From the IMG/VR virus record IMGVR_UViG_3300021440_000001: DNA of 17,498 bases, one strand, 5' to 3'. The stretch is from a virus. Its lineage: Duplodnaviria; Heunggongvirae; Uroviricota; Caudoviricetes. Positions 12,619-17,498 of the stretch are shown piece by piece. Positions within the stretch are counted from its first letter, which is position 1; every line of letters begins with the position of its first letter. Under the pieces are notes generated by a model that worked only from the letters and a program-made list of their open reading frames with translations, searched no databases and was not told where the DNA came from. The translations under genes and the position numbers were made by a program.

Positions 12619-13422
12619 TTGGGAAGCAAATTTAAGACCCGTCGCCAGACTCGCCGAGAAAAGATCGACGCCACACCCGATCCGCGATTCATCCGGCCAC
12701 AGGAGTACGCCTCTAACGACGCTCCAGCGCCAACTGCAACAGCAGTGCCGAAGCTGGAGCCGAAGAACAACAATCAGCGTAAAGCCATCGGTCTTCTCAC
12801 AGACGGTGTGCCCATCATCTTCCTGACTGGAAGTGCTGGTACTGGCAAGTCGATGCTTGCCGCCTACCGCGTAGCCCAGCAGTTACGCAGCAAGCGTATC
12901 AAGAAGGTCTTCCTTGTGCGTCCTGCGGTCAGTGTTGGCAAGTCAGTCGGGCTCCTTCCCGGTGACATCAAGGAAAAGCTTGCGCCTTACTTTGCTCAGA
13001 CGATGAGCCACCTTGAGAAGTTCCTTGGTGCAGGGTACGCAAAGTATTGCCTCGAAAAAGAGGTAATCGAAATGAAGCCTGTAGAGTACCTGCGCGGCAT
13101 GTCATTTGAGGATTGCATCGTCATTCTTGAGGAGAGTCAGAACTTTACAGAATCTGAGATGGAGATGTGTTTGACTCGCCTCGGTGAAAACTGCCAACTT
13201 ATTTTCACTGGAGATGAAAAGCAGAATGACTTGAGCAATAGCAGTGGGCTAATGGTGACTGTCGGACTGATTGAAAAAATGCTACAAACCCACCCCAACT
13301 ACCTTAGCTCGGACGAAATAGATGAACTAGATGCAGGGTTTGGTGTGGTCAGGTTCTCTCCTGATGATGTTGTGCGTTCGGGGCTGACTAGGGCACTCGT
13401 CAAGATGTACTATAGCAACTGA
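12619..13422 (+). CDS. phoH: PhoH-family ATPase (267 aa)
   Basis: GSAGTGKS Walker A; GLLPGDIKEKLAPY; YLRGMSF; ILEESQN; GDEKQND. Start moved to TTG 12619 (GGAGGTG SD). Confidence 0.92.
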   Translation: MGSKFKTRRQTRREKIDATPDPRFIRPQEYASNDAPAPTATAVPKLEPKNNNQRKAIGLLTDGVPIIFLTGSAGTGKSMLAAYRVAQQLRSKRIKKVFLVRPAVSVGKSVGLLPGDIKEKLAPYFAQTMSHLEKFLGAGYAKYCLEKEVIEMKPVEYLRGMSFEDCIVILEESQNFTESEMEMCLTRLGENCQLIFTGDEKQNDLSNSSGLMVTVGLIEKMLQTHPNYLSSDEIDELDAGFGVVRFSPDDVVRSGLTRALVKMYYSN

Positions 13423-13423
13423 G

Positions 13424-13936
13424 ATGGTTAAACCAATCCTCTGGCGTAAGGTGCGCGTTGCATGGAACGATGCCAAAAAGCGGTGTTACTGCACTAGCTC
13501 CGCTTTTTACCACGACTACGGTGGAAGAGGTATCAAGGTCGGGGACAACTTTGTTGACGATTTTGAATGCTTCTACACCTATGTTTCGTCGCTACCGAAT
13601 TTCGGCCTTAACTCCGCACTTGACAGGGTAGATAACGATGCTGGCTACATCTTAGGAAACATAAGATGGGCGACGCCTTCAGAGCAAGTTCAGAACAGGC
13701 GTAAGATGAAAAACAACACGTCCGGCAACACAGGGGTGACTTGGTACTACAATAAATCTGGAGGTACTAGGGCGATTGCTTGGTGGGAAGTCGATGGCGA
13801 AACGAAGAGCAAGTCGTTCCCGGAGAAGAAGTTTGGGCTTATCCCTGCCTACGCGGCGGCAGTCGCCTATAGGGCCAAAATGATAGCGCACTTAAATGCT
13901 AATGGCGCTTGCTATACGGTAAAACATGGAAAGTAA
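13424..13936 (+). CDS. HNH endonuclease with AP2-like C-terminus
   Basis: RC....Y.DYGGRGIKV; LDRVDNDAGYILGNIRWAT..EQ..NRR; NNTSGNTGV. Confidence 0.82.
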   Translation: MVKPILWRKVRVAWNDAKKRCYCTSSAFYHDYGGRGIKVGDNFVDDFECFYTYVSSLPNFGLNSALDRVDNDAGYILGNIRWATPSEQVQNRRKMKNNTSGNTGVTWYYNKSGGTRAIAWWEVDGETKSKSFPEKKFGLIPAYAAAVAYRAKMIAHLNANGACYTVKHGK

Positions 13937-13946
13937 AGGAGCATCA

Positions 13947-14564
13947 ATGCGAAAGTTTGGCGTAACGGCCACCACTCAGAAGTCTGCCGATGACTCTGGA
14001 TACGAAGACGTAAATGCCTTCCGCGTCTCGTATGTGCCAGCAAATGCTGGCGTGTACAACATCTTCTTGTACGGTCCAATCCTTGATGCGTCTCAGTTTG
14101 TTGATGCCATCCAAGCGATGAGTATTGCATCTGAACTTGACGTTGTGCAGATTCACTTGTCCACTCCTGGGGGCTCTCTCGATGCTACCGACACGCTGAT
14201 TCACGCTATGCGCGAGTGCAGTGCTAGGGTCATCGTCAAAGCCTCCGGTGGCGTGCATTCCGCTGGAAGCGTCATCTTGCTGAACGCAGACGAATTCACG
14301 CTCTCTGAGAACTTCAACTGCCTGATCCACAACGGCTCGGTAGGCCCCGCTGGGAAGTTCTCAGACTGGCGTGCAGAGACAAAGCATACAGACGCCTACA
14401 TGGAGCGCGTGATGCGCTCGACCTACGAAGGGTTTCTGTCAGAGGAAGAGCTTGACAACCTTCTCGCTGGCAAGGACATCTGGCTGGATGCAGAGAGCTT
14501 CGTTGCCCGCTGGGAAGCGCGCAATGCGGCCTATGAGGATGCTACCGCAGCGTCTGCAGACTAA
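13947..14564 (+). CDS. ClpP-like serine protease (peptidase S14)
   Basis: IHLSTPGGS, HSAGS (nucleophile Ser), LIHNGS (His), DIWLDAE; start at ATG 13947 (AAGGAG SD). Confidence 0.85.
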   Translation: MRKFGVTATTQKSADDSGYEDVNAFRVSYVPANAGVYNIFLYGPILDASQFVDAIQAMSIASELDVVQIHLSTPGGSLDATDTLIHAMRECSARVIVKASGGVHSAGSVILLNADEFTLSENFNCLIHNGSVGPAGKFSDWRAETKHTDAYMERVMRSTYEGFLSEEELDNLLAGKDIWLDAESFVARWEARNAAYEDATAASAD

Positions 14565-14597
14565 TGAAGAGGGGCGCTTACGCGCCTCGTTACAGCG

Positions 14598-14630
14598 GCC
14601 CGCCGCGCATTTTGCGTGGCGGGCTTTTTT
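14598..14630 (+). terminator. Rho-independent terminator
   Basis: GCCCGCCGCGCA-TTT-TGCGTGGCGGGC followed by T6. Confidence 0.88.
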
Positions 14631-14658
14631 ATTGCCTTCACCCCTTGAAAGGACTACA

Positions 14659-15120
14659 ATGAAGAAGGCACTCGCAGCGTTGGCGCTGCTTCTGCCCTTG
14701 GCGCTGCCCGTCAACGCACAAGAAATCTGGACAACAGCTATGATCCGGTCTTACCACTCAGACCGTTCTGCACACTTCAACGAACAGAACACTGGGTTCG
14801 GCTTTGAGTACAAGGCCAAGGATGAAGATCAGAAAGTTGTTGCAGGCGCATACAACAACAGCTACAATCGGCTCTCGATCTACGCAGGCAAGGCGTGGCT
14901 ACCGTGGTCACACGGTAACTGGTCTGCTGGCGCGATCTACGGCCTCGTAAGCGGCTATCCTCGTTACAAATATAACCTTGGACTTCTCGGTCTAGGTGTG
15001 CTACAGTACGAGAATGGCAAGTACGGTGCCAACATTCTTGTTGTACCGCCAGTCCCCGACCCAAGCGGAGACAAGCCAACAGCAGTAGTTGCTCTTCAGT
15101 TGAAGATGAGCTATGATTGA
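14659..15120 (+). CDS. Secreted outer-membrane beta-barrel protein, PagP-like (153 aa)
   Basis: AAGGA SD and ATG 14659; signal peptide MKKALAALALLLPLALPVNA; alternating beta-strands; SYH...FNEQNTG.G.EY...G.YNNSY...S.YAG...GLVSGY pattern. Confidence 0.7.
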   Translation: MKKALAALALLLPLALPVNAQEIWTTAMIRSYHSDRSAHFNEQNTGFGFEYKAKDEDQKVVAGAYNNSYNRLSIYAGKAWLPWSHGNWSAGAIYGLVSGYPRYKYNLGLLGLGVLQYENGKYGANILVVPPVPDPSGDKPTAVVALQLKMSYD

Positions 15121-15187
15121 AGTCTGACAGCGCCGTAGGCGCAAAATTCTCCCCGCCAGTGCGGGAAGCTTTCACAAAGGAGAGACT

Positions 15188-15406
15188 ATGAACCGCGAAT
15201 TCGTCTTTAAGCCCCAAGCCAATGAAGTCATCAGCCTTGACGCTGATGAGGGCTCTTTTTCGACGCCTGTGATGGACGCTGACGTTGCGTACATGTTTGA
15301 CAAGGATGACAACACCATTCGCATTGACATCCCTGGTATGTGGTTCAAGGCGGGCGACATTGACGACCTGATTTCGTTCCTGAACGCAGCAAAGGCCGCT
15401 CTGTGA
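15188..15406 (+). CDS. Hypothetical protein (72 aa)
   Basis: AAGGAG SD with ATG. Confidence 0.75.
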   Translation: MNREFVFKPQANEVISLDADEGSFSTPVMDADVAYMFDKDDNTIRIDIPGMWFKAGDIDDLISFLNAAKAAL

Positions 15407-15449
15407 AGACAAGCACGACGGAATTGAACTTGAGTTCCGTTGCGCACAG

Positions 15450-15815
15450 GTGATGTGCAACTCTCAAGACGACTACATCAGTTTTGAAGTGACAGACCCA
15501 GTTTCAGGCATCTGCATCCTCGATTTTGACATGAGCATGGCCGAGTTCGGAGCGTTGATAGCAGGTTTTGGCAGAATCAGGCAGAAGGGCTCCTTGCGTG
15601 AGCTTGACAAGATCGGTAAAAAGTGTGTTAGAGAGCAGCGTCAGCTTGAAGTGGAAGATATGGGCTACAGACAGGAAGTCTACTTTCAGTGGTTGCAAAA
15701 CAACTACAAGGAAGATGGGTGGAGCGTGGTAGCATACATGGGCGGCCGAGGTCAGCTCGGCCTTGCCAACAACGGTAAACGCATCATCAACTTCTGGGTT
15801 GTAAAGTACGTGTAG
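15450..15815 (+). CDS. Hypothetical phage protein (~121 aa; start uncertain)
   Basis: Fills the plus-strand operon; the frame is open back to 15384 without a canonical start. Confidence 0.65.
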   Translation: MMCNSQDDYISFEVTDPVSGICILDFDMSMAEFGALIAGFGRIRQKGSLRELDKIGKKCVREQRQLEVEDMGYRQEVYFQWLQNNYKEDGWSVVAYMGGRGQLGLANNGKRIINFWVVKYV

Positions 15816-15841
15816 GCTGTCAGCGCGCTATGAGTAAGCAG

Positions 15842-15870
15842 TTGACATAAGCTCAAGCCTTTGCTATTAT
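15842..15870 (+). promoter_or_regulatory. sigma70 promoter for the RNA ligase operon
   Basis: TTGACA-17 nt-TATTAT with TGC extended -10. Confidence 0.78.
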
Positions 15871-16014
15871 GCTCGCCAGTGCCGAGGTTCAGTTCTTCCC
15901 ACACGACCAAGACACTGATGCATTTCAAAATCCATCTTGCGCCTACATACCACACGCGGACGTGGTGTTTGGCGTATCTGCAGAAAATGATCCGCTTTTC
16001 AAGGAGAAATAACA

Positions 16015-17217
16015 GTGCGAAAGCTTGCATCTATTCAACGTGTGCTGTCGGTTCGACCGATCCCCGGCGCCGACCTTATTGAAGCAGTCGATGTCCTTGG
16101 CTGGACTGTCGTCTGTAAGAAGGGACGGTTCGCTGTCGGCGACCTGTGCGTGTACTTCGAGATTGACTCGTTCCTTAACGCAGACGATGAGCGTTACGCC
16201 TCGTTTGAAGACCGCTTCACTAATTGGGGCACGAAACGCGGCATGCGTCTGAAGACTATCAAGCTGCGAAAGCAAATCAGCCAAGGGCTGATTATGCCAA
16301 TCAGCGACTACTTTGAGCTGTCGCCATCTGTCCGTATGAACCCAGTTGTCGAGGGCGAAGACGTTACTGAACTTCTCAAGATTGAGAAGTGGGAGCCGGC
16401 CGAAGAAGCAACTAGCAACGCTGGCGGAATTGGCAAGGTTGCCGGCTCCAAGCCGTTCCCGTCCTTCCTGCGAAAGACTGACCAAGAGCGCGTTCAAAAC
16501 TACATTGGCGAGCTTCCGAAAGTTGCAGACCAGTCTTTCGAGGTCACTATCAAGCTCGACGGGTCTTCAATGACGATTTTCCATGTCAACAAGCTAAGCC
16601 CGCATTACGCGCATGCAGCGGAGGATATCGAAGTCCGCGCTGTCAAGCGTATGAGCTGGTTTGGCAAGAAGTGGCACGCAATCAAGAAGGCTGTCGGGCT
16701 TGTCCAGACTCCAGCGTTCATTGACGGTCTGTGCAGTCGTAACATTCAGCTCGACATCAATGATGGAAACCACTTCTCGCAGTATGTCCGTGAGCATTTC
16801 CTTCTTGAAGCCCTGGAAAACTACGGTCAAAACATCGCTGTTCAAGGCGAACTGATTGCCCCCAGCATCCAAGGTAACTATGAAAAGGTTGCAGGCTTCG
16901 AGTTTTACGTGTATGATGTCTTCGACATCGACGCTCAACGCTACCACTCACCTGAAGTCGCGCGAGAAATCGTCAAGGCACTTGGCCTGAAGTATGTCCC
17001 GGTACTTCAGCACGGTGCTATGTTGGTTGACTTCGGTTTCGCTGAAGGAACGCCTGTGCGAGACGTTGTTGACAACATCCTGGCATTCGCCGAAGGCGAC
17101 GGTATGAACAAAGGCGTGAAGCGTGAAGGCATCGTGTTCAAGTCGAACGGCAGTGAATTCAGCTTCAAGGCAATCAGCAACAGCTACCTTTTGCACAAGG
17201 AGAAGAAGGCAGCATGA
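16015..17217 (+). CDS. RNA ligase, Rnl2/DRB0094 family (400 aa)
   Basis: N-terminal RKLASIQRV...PGADLIE...GW.VVCKKG.F..GD.CVYFEIDS; KTDQERVQN; motif I KLDGSS; QGEL; FYVYDVF; REGIVFK; FKAISNSYLL; AAGGAG SD. Confidence 0.92.
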   Translation: MRKLASIQRVLSVRPIPGADLIEAVDVLGWTVVCKKGRFAVGDLCVYFEIDSFLNADDERYASFEDRFTNWGTKRGMRLKTIKLRKQISQGLIMPISDYFELSPSVRMNPVVEGEDVTELLKIEKWEPAEEATSNAGGIGKVAGSKPFPSFLRKTDQERVQNYIGELPKVADQSFEVTIKLDGSSMTIFHVNKLSPHYAHAAEDIEVRAVKRMSWFGKKWHAIKKAVGLVQTPAFIDGLCSRNIQLDINDGNHFSQYVREHFLLEALENYGQNIAVQGELIAPSIQGNYEKVAGFEFYVYDVFDIDAQRYHSPEVAREIVKALGLKYVPVLQHGAMLVDFGFAEGTPVRDVVDNILAFAEGDGMNKGVKREGIVFKSNGSEFSFKAISNSYLLHKEKKAA

Positions 17218-17405
17218 CCCCGGTAAATACTCCGCTGACGCTTGACACAGTGCAGTTTCTGAGTAATACTCTCGCAGACCTGAAGAAAGACGCAAACTAC
17301 GCCTATCCGGGCGAGTTCTACGACTCTTCAAAAGGCCATAACGCGCTCTGCATGGTGAAGGCGAAAATTGAGGTAATCTCTGCATTCCTCGCTGCGTTGA
17401 ACTGA
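17214..17405 (+). CDS. Hypothetical protein (63 aa)
   Basis: ATGA overlap with the ligase stop. Confidence 0.65.
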   Translation: MTPVNTPLTLDTVQFLSNTLADLKKDANYAYPGEFYDSSKGHNALCMVKAKIEVISAFLAALN

Positions 17406-17445
17406 GACGAACAGGGGCTACGGCCCCTCCTACAAGGAGAAACAC

Positions 17446-17498
17446 ATGTCTATCAATACTGACCTGTATTCCCACCTGACTGAAGACCTTGGAATCCC
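17446..17498 (+). CDS. Hypothetical protein (partial, runs off window)
   Basis: AAGGAG SD, ATG 17446, MSINTDLYSHLTEDLGI...; preceded by hairpin AGGGGC-TACG-GCCCCT. Confidence 0.6.
   Translation, partial: MSINTDLYSHLTEDLGI

Noticed and set aside
15403-15453. 16-codon ORF or programmed frameshift extending the 15450 gene
   Set aside because: No slippery site or SD support; only the start position is ambiguous.
15869-16012. 47-codon ORF (MLASAEVQFF...) before the RNA ligase
   Set aside because: Its ATG overlaps the -10 box and would lie upstream of the predicted TSS; no SD.

Overview
17.5 kb of a lytic tailed phage (Caudoviricetes). The capsid and gene order resemble, from memory, PAK_P1/PaP1-like myoviruses; the host is probably a proteobacterium. 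The left ~11.4 kb is transcribed on the minus strand: an orphan HNH N-terminal module, putative terS, a tRNA island, HNH, terL split by an ORF-less group IA2 intron in Walker A, portal, GIY-YIG, S49 prohead protease, scaffold, head decoration, GIY-YIG and major capsid. A CTAG-rich palindromic tract and an AT-rich repeat tract (candidate origin or genome end) separate it from a plus-strand block: an acidic microprotein, phoH, HNH-AP2, ClpP-like protease, a PagP-like outer-membrane beta-barrel and an Rnl2/DRB0094-type RNA ligase. The window holds six homing-endonuclease-like genes. The tRNA island has 7 tRNAs with assignable anticodons (including Leu-AAG and a Ser with G3:U70), 2 tRNA bodies with aberrant anticodon loops, one tRNA split by a PD-(D/E)XK nuclease gene with no intron core, and one 3' remnant. 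All calls are from manual reading; no database searches or folding programs were run.
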